From Eledone cirrhosa (Eukaryota), in contig OZ024758.1 of the NCBI GenBank assembly GCA_964016885.1, forward strand, positions 14,570,001 through 14,634,000: a stretch of 64,000 bases of DNA. The letters are read 5' to 3'. This document shows positions 12,671 to 26,040 of this stretch, in pieces. Within the stretch, counting starts at the first letter, position 1, and each line of letters begins with the position of its first letter. The notes under the pieces are model-generated. The model did not search any database. It saw only the letters and a program-made list of their open reading frames with translations, and had not been told where the DNA came from. Both the position numbers and the translations under genes were made by a program.

Positions 12671-14296
12671 CTTCTTCTCCCACTTATTCCTGAGAAGTTT
12701 GTGGGGGCAGAGTCCTCAAAGACTCCTCCCAGCAGGTCCTGTCAGAAGCAACCATCTCCAACAGATCTGGCTGGATCCCCATGCATGACCAGCCAGGCTC
12801 ATGGATGTTATCCAACCATCTAACTCGGGGTCTACCCGTAGGTCTCCTGCCAGTTGGTTTTGCCTGTAAAATCTGTCCAGCGATTCTTTCCTGAGACATT
12901 CTAATCTCAAGCCCAAAGTATAGCAGCTGTGATCTCTCAATTTGGAGAAGTAGCAGCTCTACCTGGAGTGACTCTGATCTCCGAGCTAAAAATCTGTCCG
13001 GCGATTCTTTCCTGAGACATTCTAACCACAAGCCCAAAGTATAGCAGCTGTGATCTCTCAATTTGGAGAAGTAGCAGCTCTACCTGGAGTGACTCTGATC
13101 TCCGAGCTAAAAATCTGTCCGGTGATTATTTCCTGAGACATTCTAACCACATGCCCAAAGTATTGGAGCTGTGATCTCTCAATTTGGAGAAGTAGCAGCT
13201 CTACCTGGAGTGACTCTGATCTCCGAGCTAAAAATCTGTCCGGTGATTATTTCCTGAGACATTCTAACCACATGCCCAAAGTATTGGAGCTGTGATCTCT
13301 CAATTTGGAGAAGTAGCAGCTCTACCTGGAGTGACTCTGATCTCCGAGCTAAAAATCTGTCCGGTGATTATTTCCTGAGACATTCTAACCACATGCCCAA
13401 AGTATTGGAGCTGTGATCTCTCAATTTGGAGAAGTAGCAGCTCTACCTGGAGTGACTCTGATCTCCGAGCTAAAAATCTGTCCGGTGATTATTTCCTGAG
13501 ACATTCTAACCACATGCCCAAAGTATTGGAGCTGTGATCTCTCAATTTGGAGAAGTAGCAGCTCTACCTGGAGTGACTCTGATCTCCGAGCTAAAAATCT
13601 GTCCGGTGATTATTTCCTGAGACATTCTAACCACATGCCCAAAGTATTGGAGCTGTGATCTCTCAATTTGGAGAAGTAGCAGCTCTACCTGGAGTGACTC
13701 TGATCTCCGAGCTAAAAATCTGTCCGGTGATTATTTCCTGAGACATTCTAACCACATGCCCAAAGTATTGGAGCTGTGATCTCTCAATTTGGAGAAGTAG
13801 CAGCTCTACCTGGAGTGACTCTGATCTCCGAGCTAAAAATCTGTCCGGTGATTATTTCCTGAGACATTCTAACCACATGCCCAAAGTATTGGAGCTGTGA
13901 TCTCTCAATTTGGAGAAGTAGCAGCTCTACCTGGAGTGACTCTGATCTCCGAGCTAAAAATCTGTCCGGTGATTATTTCCTGAGACATTCTAACCACAAG
14001 CCCAAAGTATAGCAGCTGTGATCTCTCAATTTGGAGAAGTAGCAGCTCTACCTGGAGTGACTCTGATCTCCGAGCTAAAAATCTGTCCGGTGATTATTTC
14101 CTGAGACATTCTAACCACATGCCCAAAGTATTGGAGCTGTGATCTCTCAATTCGGAGAAGTAGTGGCTCTACCTGGAGTGACTCTTTGATCTCTGAGTTA
14201 CACACTTTATTGAGTAATGTTACTCCAAAGACCCTTCAGAGGAACCCCATTTCAGCTGCTTATATTCACGATCGTATACTTTCAGTCATTGCCCAA
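12671..14296 (-). mobile_element. RTE-clade LINE 3' fragment containing a 121-bp tandem array
   Basis: Minus frame LLLQIERSQLLYFG..RMSQERIAGQILQAKPTGRRPTGRPRVRWLDNI...DRTCW is a typical RTE C-terminus; GAAGAAG tail. Confidence 0.85.
12868..14195. repeat. 121-bp tandem repeat, 11 copies
   Basis: TCTAA(C/T)C anchor recurs at 12900, 13021, 13142 ... 14110. Confidence 0.95.
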
Positions 14297-14437
14297 ACAG
14301 AAGAAGGGATGTAGGCGTAAAAGCCAAACTAAATAAAGAGTATATTAAGAGGTGATGTAGATGATATAGAAAAATGGTGAAGCTTGTTATGTGGGTCCGC
14401 AATACTAACCCCTGCTTCAGCAGATTAAATGGCTTAA

Positions 14438-14658
14438 CCCTTTAGTATTTACATCACTCTATATTTACTACAATATTTTCATGGTGAAGCCTTTACTTCA
14501 CATAATTATCTCACATAATATTGAATCTATGAAATTTTAATATTATTTATTTTGAGAATAATACCTTAACATCAGTATGAGTGGCCAGTTACAGCTGGTT
14601 TGAACAGAAAGAGGTGAGAGAATTCTGGCTGGATATGGCTGGTTTAAATACTAAAAGG
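14438..14658 (+). mobile_element. piggyBac-type MITE, subfamily A
   Basis: TTAA TSDs at 14434 and 14659; ends CCCTTTAGTATTTA / TAAATACTAAAAGG. Confidence 0.8.
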
Positions 14659-15603
14659 TTAATACACTACACTTGTTATTTTAGTATTTTCTCTTTTAAA
14701 AAAAATTCATTTGTATAAGAGAGTCCAACCCATGCAAAGCATAGAAGAGAAAAACAAAAACAGATATAAATATAATGGTGATGATGAGAAGGGAAGTATT
14801 AACCACCCACATGTATCCTTTGTAGGACCTCAAAGATCTGGGGAGCCGAGAGTGGTTAGTTTGGTAACTGTTCAATTCAAGGTATTTTTTCATCGTTCTT
14901 TCCTTCCCAGTTTTTTTCTTTGTTTTTTTCATCTTACTCAGTCAGCATCATTTTCTTCTTTCTTTCGTCATCTTTTCTTCATCTTCCTTTCTTCCTCTTC
15001 CTTTCTTTCTCTCTTTCTTCATCTTCCTTTCTTTCTCTCTTTCTTCATCTTCCTTTCTTTCTTTCTCTCTTCATCTTCCTCTTTCTTCCTCTTCCTTTCA
15101 TCTCTTTCTCCCTCTTTTACTTCTCATTTATCTTAATGTTCCGTCTGCTAATCACCTACATTTGTCAGCAAGATCAGCAAGATGGATGTTTCACAGCTAC
15201 CATTAATGATTTGCTGTGAGTTAGTGAGAGTGTATAAAGGTGAAGAGTTAGGTAAACAACCAATAGTATTTGGGGCATCAATCCTGTTCATAAAATGGCT
15301 CCATCATCACAGACAGATTCACCAACAGGCTTCAACCACTATCTCACACATGCATAGCTTCCTCAGTTAGTCTATCTTCTATTAATATACTAGCAAGCCT
15401 ACATTGTCAAAATTGACATTGATTCACATATATCTTTGTCATCATTTAACATGTTTTTTTTTTTTGGGGGGGGGGGGGGGGGGGCTGTTTGTTTTTTTGT
15501 TGTTTTTTTATTTTTTGAGGATCCTGCTAGCAAGAGTTGAACAAGTCAGCACACACAAAACCAGTACATAATTGGAGTTACTGACCTCTCAGATAGGCTA
15601 GAG

Positions 15604-16046
15604 CAAGCATGTCAAACTGAGCCCCCCTCCCCCTCCCCAAAGGCCACATGGGTTACATGTGTTATCTGAGGGCCCCATGGGTCACATATGTGTTGTCTGA
15701 GGGCCCCATGGGTTACATATGTGTTGTCTGAGGGCCCCATGGGTCACATATGTGTTGTCTGAGGGCCCCATGGGTTACATATGTGTTGTCTGAGGGCCAC
15801 ATGGGTTACATATGTGTTGTCTGAGGGCCCCATGGGTTACATATGTGTTGTCTGAGGGCCACATGGGTTACATATGTGTTGTCTGAGGGCCACATGGGTT
15901 ACATATGTGTTGTCTGGGGGCCACACACGACAACTATTTGCCTACATTACAACTAATTTTTACGAAGATAAAATATGCTCGCGCTGTAAAAAGCTTTGTG
16001 TGGGCCACAGATGTGCTTGTACAGGGCCGCATGTTTGACATGCCTG
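15604..16046. mobile_element. hAT-type MITE with an internal 31-bp minisatellite (~9 copies)
   Basis: TIRs CAAGCATGTCAAAC / GTTTGACATGCCTG; TSD GGCTAGAG / GACTAGAG; unit GGGCCCCATGGGTTACATATGTGTTGTCTGA. Confidence 0.85.
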
Positions 16047-16231
16047 GACTAGAGACCTGCATCATACATACCATCCTGCACTCCTCAAGATCCACCATGT
16101 GCATTTTATCGCGGCACCAACACTAGGGAGGTTGTCATGCTTTTGATACAGCTGAAGAGTCCTCCCAACCCATGTTTTCTATGACTTGATGCCCTTCCTA
16201 TTATCAACCAGTTTACATAGTATACTGGGTG

Positions 16232-16460
16232 CGTTCTTCTTCTTCACCCTCTTATTCCTGAAAGGGTCATGGGGGCAGAGTCCTCAAACACTCCTTCCAG
16301 CGGGTCCTGTCAGAAGCAAACGTGACCAGCCAATATCATGGATGTTATTCAACCATCTTGCTCAGGGTCTACCCCTGGGTCTCCTACCAGTTGGTTTCAC
16401 CTGTAAAATCTGTCCAGCAATTCTTTCCTGAGACATTTTAACCTCATGTCCATAGTATTT
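16232..16460 (-). mobile_element. RTE LINE 3' fragment, same family as 12671-14296
   Basis: Homologous to 12671-12920 with an internal deletion. Confidence 0.75.
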
Positions 16461-16904
16461 GTTTGACATGTTTTCTATAACTGGATACCCTTCCTACCAT
16501 CAACCACTTTATATAATATACTGGGTGTAAATCACTAACACTAGGAAGGTTATCTTGCCCTTAACACAACTGAAGACTCCTCTCAAACTGTTCTTGTCAT
16601 GGTTTCTATAGCTGGATGTTTAAATCCAACAGTTTAGTTATTTTTGTTCATATGTGAATAACATTCTCCCAGTTAATTTAAGCCAAATTTTAATTGGTTT
16701 ATCTAATTAAATAAATGGTTATTTATAGTATTTTGGTTGATATTCTACAGCATATGTTTTTAATAAAAAAAATATTTTATCTACACCAAATTTACTTTTT
16801 AAAAATATAGAAAAATCTATCCTATTAAGTTATTTAAAATGTTCCGTAGCTACAATAACTACCACTGAGCTACTTATGACATAATGGCAATTTGTTTCCG
16901 ATAT

Positions 16905-17245
16905 CTTTGGAGTAACGTTATTCGATAAAGTGTGAACTGAGAGATCAGAGGGTCACTCCAGGTAGAGACCCTACTTCTCCAAATTGAGAGATCACAGCTT
17001 CAATACTATGGACATGTGGTTAGAATGTCACAGGATAGAATCACTGGATAGATTTTACGGGCGAAGCCAACAAGTAGGAGACCCAGAGGTAGACCCCGAG
17101 CAAGAAGGTTGGATAACATCCATAAGCTTGACTGGTGACACTTGGGGATCCAGCCAGATCAGTTGGAGATGGTTGCTTCTGACAGGACTCATTGGAGGGA
17201 GTGTTTGAAGACATGAACCTCTCAGGAATAAGTGGGCGAAGAAGA
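16905..17245 (+). mobile_element. RTE LINE 3' fragment, same family
   Basis: Carries a single copy of the 121-bp unit region; ends CTCAGGAATAAGTGGGCGAAGAAG. Confidence 0.8.
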
Positions 17246-18779
17246 TAGATACAAGATCCACATTATTATGGTTGATAACAGTCTCTGACACTTCTGAATA
17301 AGTTCAGTGTTTCTCATAGGTTTTTTCATTTCTGTATAATACATTTTTCTTATAATCTCTCTCTTTCTCTCTCTCTTATCTTTTCTTTCTAATTATTTGA
17401 ATTCTTCCTATGAGAAAGGAGCTGGTTTCAAATAATGAAACAAATATTTGGTTACAAACTGCAAGTTCAGCTAAAGACTTGCATATTTTTACAGTTCTGC
17501 ATCAGAAAGCCAACACAAAATAATTATATAGAGAAGAAAAAACAATATTAAACAATGACTAATGATTATAAAAATTATTCTTCTAAATAAGGGAGACAAC
17601 ATTGGACATGTTTTCGTTTTTTTTTTTATATGACCTCATCAGCATAGCAAAACTTAAACATATTTGGTGAAAAAGTAGGGAGGGAATCATGAAGTAAATG
17701 TACAAGATTGTACACTGGTTAGTATAATTTTACTGAGTATTATGAAAATAATGAAATATGGTTTTATAATATGAGAAACAAAGAACAAACACATATTCTA
17801 GAATATCTTAAACTTAAAAGACTATATAAAAATATATTTTTTTAAATATGAAGTAAGGAAAACAAATGTAATTTGTTTTCTACTACTATTATCAGATGAA
17901 AATATTGTAAAATTATATATATTTCATGCAGAGTGTACAAAAATGTTATCAATCCGTCTGCTTGGTGTTGATTTGCATTTGTAGTTTGTGGTAAAGTTTG
18001 AGATACATTTCCTGAAATTAGTTAAGGTCATCTTAAGAAAACTTCAGCCAGGAAAAAAAAATAAGATAGCTTGAACTATTAAAACAGGTTTTATCAATTG
18101 GTCACATCTCTATATTACTGGATTACTAAAAACATAAGTTACAGAAGCAGTTGTTTTTTTTAAAAAGCTGTTTAAATGAATAAACATCTGGACAGATGGA
18201 AGAAGCTAAAAAAGAACAAACAAGAGAAAAACTAAAATAAAATATTTTTTAAAAATAAAGAAAAAAGATTTATAGATAAAGAGATATTAAATAACAAACA
18301 AGAATCTTATGAAAGCTGGCACAGTTTACCACAATCAAATTATTAGCTGATTGAACTGATAAAATTCTACTTATTTTTGTAAAGGCCCAAAGAGGTTTTA
18401 ACAAAAGCACAAATGTTTGTTGGAGTTTTAAACTTAATAGCTATGCTTTGTTGTTGTTATTGGTGGTGGTGGTGTTGTTATTTTGTATATTATATTCTTC
18501 ACATTATGTTTTCTAATGTCTGGGAGGAAGTGCAGAACAGTTGTTTTATAACATAAAACCATTTAGGAAACATCTCTTTATTTGAAGAATAAACATAAGC
18601 TGTTCAGTTCTTTGAAGAAAGAAAATTTAATAATTTTTTTTTTAACATATCATTTAAGATTACAGAGTAAAAAAAGTTAAACCAATACCATCATCATTTG
18701 ATCATTATTATCATTGTCTTCATCATCATAATCATCATTATCGTTGTCATCTGCATCATAATCATCATTATCGTTGTCA

Positions 18780-19100
18780 TCATCATCATCATCATCATTT
18801 CATTTTACGTCCACTTTTCCCTGCTTGCAAGGGTGGGACGGGAACTGATGCTGGCTTGATTTCTACAGCTGGATGCCCTTCCTAACACCAACCTCATTTA
18901 CAGTGAGTGCTGGGTGCTTTTTTGCCGTGGCACCTCCACGACCACTTTGCAGTGGAATGATAGGGACCCCAGTCCCTATCATCTCATTTCTACAGCTGAG
19001 TAAACTGGAGCAATGTGAAATAAAGTGCCTTGCTCAAGGAAACAACACATCGCCCGGTCTGAGAATTGAACTCACAACCTGCACTGAGAATTGAACTCAC
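18780..19100 (-). mobile_element. Composite SINE (tRNA-like head, AGGAAGGGCATCC domain, GAT tail)
   Basis: Close match to 51440-51823. Confidence 0.75.
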
Positions 19101-20394
19101 TAACTTTTGAATGTTCCATGTATTAAATATGTCAACACTAACTTAAGAATATTTATATCTAATTTTTAAATGATTTCATGTATTAAATATGTTAACACCA
19201 ATTTTGAAATATTTATATCCAGTTAACATTGAAATGCTTCATGTAGTAACACTAATTTAACTATATTTATTTGATATACTTCATTTGTTTTCACTGTTTA
19301 GTCAGTTTTAGAATATGGCAGCGAATTGACAGAGTCATTAGAACATTGGATAGAATGGTTTATGGTATTCGCTCTGGCTCTCTGAGTTCAACTCTCGCCG
19401 AGATCAACTTTGCTTTTCATCCTTTCAAGGTTGATAAAAAAAACATACCAGTCTAGTACTGGGGTGGATTCTTCCTCCATATCTCTTTCTCATTTCCTCT
19501 TTCTCTCTTTCTCTCTTTCTCTGGAAGAAATCTGCTGTACTCAGGCCTGGAGAAGGATGGGCTCTGCCAGGCATAAAATGCCCAAGAAACACTGCATGTC
19601 AATATGGCGCTCCTACGACTATCAGGAGTTAAGGGACCATCCATCCATCCATCCATCCATACATCATATCCCTGCCTGTCATAAGAGGCAACTAAAAGGG
19701 CTGGTATCATGAAGGGTACAAAACATCTGTCAGTAAAATATTGTCTCAAAAAGGACACCATAATGACACAAGAAGAACAACAACAACAAATAAAATTAAA
19801 ACTTCTACTATAGCTAGAAAAGTGCTTCAACTTATTAAGTTACATATTGTAAATAATGTTTTATCTCCAAAGTATCTTTTTGTTAACCGGTCACATGACT
19901 AATTATAAATAAGTCATGTGATGCTACTGATTTTAATTTCATTATTTTGTGACTTCATTTAATTATTCACATGGCACCATTGAATTAATCAAATGACTCC
20001 AGTTATCAGAGTATACTTTATATTTTTTAATTGCTTAGTCAGGCATGGCTGTGTGGTTGTGTGTTCGGTTTGGATTTTTAACCAATTCTCATACATAAAA
20101 TAGGGGTCAGCTTATATTTGAGTATATACAGTAAATTATATTGATCATACGTCTGCTAAACAATAACAGTCCTAGCTTTTAACAAATGATCAAGGTGAAA
20201 TAAGCTTTTATTTTAGTTAATCTTACACTAACTAGCTTCTGACGAGTTTATCTGCCCTTTGAACAGCTCTTGATTTTTGTGCTGCTGGAGTTCTACTTAC
20301 CTTCCTCACCAGAAGATAAGGGTCTGGTTGGGGAGCCAGTTTAATCACTGACCGCCCATGATGCCGATTGTAACAAGTGCAATGTGTCTGAACA

Positions 20395-21565
20395 CGGAAG
20401 AGCGTCCTGATGTCTCTATACTAATGCCCTAATATTTGTGATCAAATAAATGGTGCGAAGTCAAAAACCATTCAATGTGCGTGTCAGACTCCAGCAAGGG
20501 TGTATGCTGTCACCCTTCCTGTTCATAATTTTCATAAACAAGATTGACATGCACAGTCAGGTTAGAAGTGTTATCAAAACCAGTGAGTGTAGGATCAGTT
20601 GACAAGAATTTGCAGATCACATGGTACTAATTAGCTCGTTGGAAAGTGATCACCAATATGCTCTCTGGATAGGTTTACAGCCGAGTCTTGTACAGCAAAA
20701 TTGAAAATCAGTGCTGCGAAATCTGAGGCACTCGTCCTCTCAAGAAAGCCTGCACAGTACACTACATATGAGTGGAGTTACACTGAAGCAGGTGAAGAAG
20801 TTCAAGTATCTCAGGACCATTTTCATGAGTGATGGAAGGCAGGAGGCTGAATTAACCCTTTAGCATTTACATTACTCTATATTTACTATTGTATTTTTGT
20901 GGTAAAGGCTTAACCTCACATAATATCAAATCTATGAGTTTTTATATTATTTATTTTGAGAACAATACCTGAACATAAGTACGAGCAGTCGGTTACAGCC
21001 GGTTTGAGAAGAAAGAGGTGAGAGAATTCTGGTCAGATATGGCCTGTTTAAATGCTAAAGGGTTAAATACAAAAATTGGTGGAGCTGGTGCAGTAATGTA
21101 ACATTCAATCCTCAGATGAAAGGATAGGTGTAACTCACTATCTTCAATTCGATATTCCCAACCTTTACCTATGGTCATGGCTCTTAGATAATGACCAAAA
21201 GAATAGGCTCAAGAAGCGGCTGATATGGAGTTCCTTTGAAGGGTCTTTGGAGTAACATTACATGATAGGGTGTATAACTCAAAGATCAGGAAGTCGTTAC
21301 CTCTCCAAATTGAGAGATCACAGCTCAAGTACTACAAATATGTGGTTAGTATAACTAAGGAAAAAATATCGGTGGACAGATTTTACAGTTTTATGGGCAA
21401 AGCCAACTGACAGGAAGCCCAAAGGTAGACCACAAGCAAGATGGTTGAATAACATCCATGAACTTGGTTTTGCTTAGGGATCCAGCTGGATCAACTGGGG
21501 ATGGTTGCTTCTGATAGACCCCTCTGGGAGGCTTGTCTAAGGACTGCCTCCACAACCCTCTCAAG
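20395..21565 (+). mobile_element. Decayed RTE LINE, RT domain to 3' end, interrupted by a MITE
   Basis: Frames ...LQQGCMLSPFLFIIF...FADHMVL...KISAAKSE...KQVKKFKYL resemble RT motifs (QG..LSP.LF, FADD, K...KT/S, F.YLG) with stops and frameshifts. Confidence 0.85.
20856..21062 (+). mobile_element. piggyBac-type MITE A inserted in the RTE ORF
   Basis: TTAA TSD at 20852 and 21063; removal restores the frame ...QEAELNTKIGGAG. Confidence 0.9.
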
Positions 21566-21790
21566 AAGATGACAAAGATGAAGACAAAGATGAAGAAGAC
21601 AAAGATGAAGAAGACAAAGATGAAGACAAAGAAGAAGAAGACAAAGAAGAAGAAGACAAAGAAGAAGAAGAAGAAGAAAAAGAAAAAGAAAAAGAAAAAG
21701 AAAAAGAAAAAAAGAAAAAAAGAGAAAGAAAAAGAAAAAAAAACAGAAGAAGAATAGGGAGGAAAGGAAGAAGGAAAGGAAGGAGGAAGG
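21562..21790. repeat. GAA/AAAG expansion grown from the LINE tail
   Basis: Directly follows the RTE 3' end. Confidence 0.85.
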
Positions 21791-22785
21791 CTGATAGTAG
21801 AGAAGATGAGATGAAGTGGAGTAGATTATGAATGATAGTAAAAAGTAGTTAGTGTTTGTTTTAGTATCACTCCATCTAATGTACTTTTATAAAACAACTT
21901 TAATATTAGTCAAAGTTTTAGTAATACAAACATATTAATTAAACTGAGGTGGGGTGAGGGTGAAAGTAAAAGAAGGAAAGAAAGAAACAAATAAATAAAC
22001 AGAGAGAAGAAAAGAAAGAACCAAACAGAGAGAGGAAGAAGAAAGAAAGCATATAATCAATTTTTCTGAAAGGGAAAACATAAAAAAAAGACAATGAAGA
22101 TGTGTGTGTGTGTGTAAGTGTGTGTGTATATATGTTTGTATGTATGTTTGTATGTATATACGTACATATGTATGTATGTATGTATGTATATATGTATGGA
22201 AGCATGTATGTGTATATCTATGTATGTATGTATGCATGCCTGTATGTATATATATATATATATATGCATGTATGTACATATGTAAGTAAATATGCATGTA
22301 TTATTATGTATGTATATACATACATATTTATGTATATATGTATTATTATGTATGTATGTATGTATATATGTATGTATGTATATACATACATAAATACATA
22401 CATACATAATACATATATACATAAATATATACATAAATATGTACGTATATACATACATACACACATAATAATACATATGCATGTGTATATGTATGTATGC
22501 ATGTATATATATATATGAATGTATGTATGTATGTATGTATGTATGTAACTACAGACATTCTTCAGACATAATCAATCAACCAAGTTAATCAATACGGAAC
22601 CAATCAACACATACCTGTAGTTTATGCTTGGTTTCTCTTGAACAGAAGAGCAAAACTTGTGAATTGAATAAAGTATAAGTTATAACAGTTCACATGATCT
22701 AACCTAACACTAACTCCATTGAAGGCATTTAACAGGTCACTTATTTTATATGGCCCCTGTGATGTATCAGGAACAAGTATTAGAT

Positions 22786-23260
22786 TAAACCTTTTATTAA
22801 CATATTTCTATTGAAAGACACAGTTTATGATATTCAAATCCTTTTCAAAATAATTAAGTATTTCCAAGGATTTAGTAATATAATTTTCTCAATATCAAGC
22901 TGAGCATAACTTAAATGTTCTTATATAAAATTATGATGAAAGCTTTTGAGATGAATGTAAACACTTTAACCCTTTAGCATCCACATTACTCTATATATAC
23001 TATTATATTTTCATGGTAAAGGCTTTATCCCACATAATATCTCACATAATATCGAATCTATGAGATTTTGAAAGTATTTATTTTGAGAACAATACCTTGA
23101 GCGACCAGTTACAGCGAGTTTCAACAGAAAGAGGTAGAGAATTCTGGCTGGTTTTGGCCGGTTTGAACATTAAAGGGTTAAAATAAATAGCCTATTATTG
23201 TAGAAACAAAGACAGTTTCAAGTGGGTTTTTTTAATATAAAAAAAAAAAAAAAGAGTTAA
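22786..23260 (-). mobile_element. piggyBac-type MITE C with a MITE B insertion (22970-23177)
   Basis: Reverse homology to C copies at 27185-27747 and 28760-29005; TTAA TSDs at 22966 and 23178. Confidence 0.7.
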
Positions 23261-23568
23261 ACCTTTCATTATAATATTTCTATTGAAAAACATTGACTAT
23301 GATATTTCAAATAATCTTTTAAATAATCAAGAATTTGTGGTAATTACAGTTTACACCTTAGTAGGTTTAGCTAACCTTTCTACAAGGCATCTCGAGTGTT
23401 TTAAGAATAGGGTCCCCAGTCTTATCATGGAATGAAGAACTCCCTTCAACTCCACTGATCCTGAAGTTAATCTGTTTCAAGGGTTAACACATAGCTGCAA
23501 TTGGAACTCATTAGTCTTTCCAGCAGAGTGGACTGAAGTAATATGAAAGGAATCAACTTGCTCTAGGA

Positions 23569-23923
23569 CAGACATGTCAAACTGAGGGTCCTCCGAGGGC
23601 CACATGGGTCACATATGTGTTGTCTGAGAACCACACAAGACAAGTAATTGCGCACATTACAACTAATTTTTTTTATTTTATATTACAAAGATAAAACATG
23701 CTCGCACTCTAAAGACCTTTGTGCAGGCCACAGGTGTGCTTATAGAGGGCCACAGGTGTTCTTGCAGAGGGCCACAGGTGTTCTTGCAAAGGGCCACAGG
23801 TGTTCTTGCAAAGGGCCGCAGGTGTTCTTGCAAAGGGCCGCAGGTGTGCTTGTAAAGGGCCGCAGGTGTGCTTGTAAAGGGCCGCAGGTGTGCTTGCAAA
23901 GGGCCGCATGTTTGACATGTCTG
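23569..23923. mobile_element. hAT-type MITE with an internal 22-bp minisatellite (~9 copies), inserted in a SINE
   Basis: TIRs CAGACATGTCAAAC / GTTTGACATGTCTG; TSD CTCTAGGA / CTCTAGAA; unit AGGGCCACAGGTGTTCTTGCAA. Confidence 0.85.
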
Positions 23924-24411
23924 CTCTAGAACATAACATGCTACCTTGTCCAAGAATCAAACCCATGACCTTGCTTGGGGATCCAGTCTGATCAATTGGA
24001 GATGGTGGCTTCTGACAGGACCCACTGGAAGGCATGCTTGAGGACTTTGCTCCCCATGACCAGGAGCCTCATTTGCCTTTAAGATGTGAGGGGGACAAAC
24101 CAACATTAGTTGATTCTTAAAGGAGCATGTTAGTATTGCTTAAGGTGCCTTTCCTGGACCCTATCACATAAATAAAATTTTACACTAATTAAATTTTATA
24201 TATTCAAATGAAGTTCAGATATAAAAAAAATAAGCTTAAAAAGAATTCATTATATCAAATAAACAAAAAAATAAAAGATAGACGTTTGAAAAAAGTGGGA
24301 GTACTTGTCCCCTGGTACCCCCTGAAACAAGGCCCTTGCCCATAACCATCCCTGGAATAAGTGGGCGAAGAAGATGGAGAAGATGAAGATGGAGAAGAAG
24401 TGAAGCAATTA

Positions 24412-24597
24412 ACAATTGTTTCTACTTTTAGCACAAGGCCAGCGATTACCCAGTTCATTACTGGTACTTTATTTTATCGATCCCGTAAGGATAAAAGGCA
24501 AAGTTAACCTCGACGGGATTTGAACTCAGACCGTAAAGGGACGTAACTATGCTGGAAAGCATGGCGTCCGACCTTCTACCGATACTGCCAATTCACC
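24412..24597 (-). mobile_element. Meta-domain-like SINE, full length
   Basis: Close match to 44520-44704. Confidence 0.85.
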
Positions 24598-24859
24598 TAT
24601 CAGACCCAAGGGTGGTTTCAGGCAGTTTTTGGTAACCCTTTTGTAAGCACAGTTCTGTTGCTATATTTTTTTCTGTTATGAAATAAGAAAATTGCTGTTC
24701 TTGTAACTGATGTTTAGCCCCAGGTCAACCTCGACTCAATAGACCTATGATCAAAAGTATTTCAGCTGTGGCCATCATGTCTTTTAAGGCATATGTGTGT
24801 TTCTTGTTTGTAGTTTTATCTAAACAGAAAGATTTACTACAACGCTACATCCTTTAGAA

Positions 24860-24954
24860 CCTCCATCTGCAACATACCACCACCAACACCAAAATCACCA
24901 CTACTATCACAACCATTAGTAAACCTACCATCACCCCCCCCCCCCCATCACCTC

Positions 24955-24989
<35 letters not shown>

Positions 24990-26040
24990 CAGCACAACAA
25001 CAACTGTAACAACCAACACCACAACAATCACCCACACCACTAGTTTCTCCTCTACCACTACTATCTTCATCCTCACCACCACCACCACCACACTCATTAC
25101 CACCACCACCTCAGGAATCACCAACACCACAATCACCACCACTGCCACCATCACCACTACTAGCATCTCCTCTACCACTACAACACCACTATCACCAGCA
25201 CAACCATTATCACCACCACCACCACAATCCCCACTAGCATCTCCTCTACCACTACAACACCACTATCACCAGCACAACCATTATCACCACCACCACCACA
25301 ATTCCCACTAGCATCTCCTCTACCACTACAACACCACTATCACCAGCACAACCATTATCACCACCACCACAACAATCCCCAACACCACCACCACCACCAT
25401 CCCCACTAGTATCTCCTCTACCACACCACTATCACCACCACAACAATCCCCAACACCACCACCACTAGCATCTCCTCTACCACTACAACACCACTATCAC
25501 CTCTACTACAACCATTACCACCAGCACCACAACAATCACCACCACAATCACTAACACCAACACCACCACCACTACAACAATCACCACCACCACTACAACC
25601 TTTACCACCAATACCATCCCCACCACAACCAATACCACCACTACAACAATCACCAACATCACCACTACTACAACAATCACCACCACCACCACTACTACAA
25701 CCATTACCACCACTGCAACAATCACCACCACTACTACAACCATTACCACCACTGCAACAATCACCACCACTACTACAACCAATACCACCACTACAACCAA
25801 TACCACCACTACAACAATCACCACCACCACTACTACAACCAATACCACCACTACAACAATCACCACCACCACCACCACTACAACCAATACCACCACTACA
25901 ACAATCACCACCACCACTACAACCAATACCACCAACACCACAACAATCACTAACACCATCACCACCACTCATATTGCCTCTACCACTACTACCTTCGTCC
26001 TCACCACCACCAACACCAACACCACCACCACCATTACCCA
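24860..26040. repeat. CAC/CAA triplet low-complexity tract with ~72-bp higher-order repeats
   Basis: CTAGCATCTCCTCTACCAC anchor recurs several times. Confidence 0.9.

Noticed and set aside
15170-15220. Plus-strand exon-like CAG|...|GTGAGT (QDQQDGCFTATINDL)
   Set aside because: Isolated, with no recognisable homology and no partner exons identified
15641-15925. 31-bp repeats of CRISPR-like length
   Set aside because: Contiguous with no unique spacers, inside a MITE, no cas genes, eukaryotic context
20300-20325. Minus-strand AAG|GTAAGT donor
   Set aside because: Lies at the edge of a decayed LINE with a weak acceptor; likely chance
21533-21757. Lys-rich ORF
   Set aside because: Expanded GAA tail of a LINE
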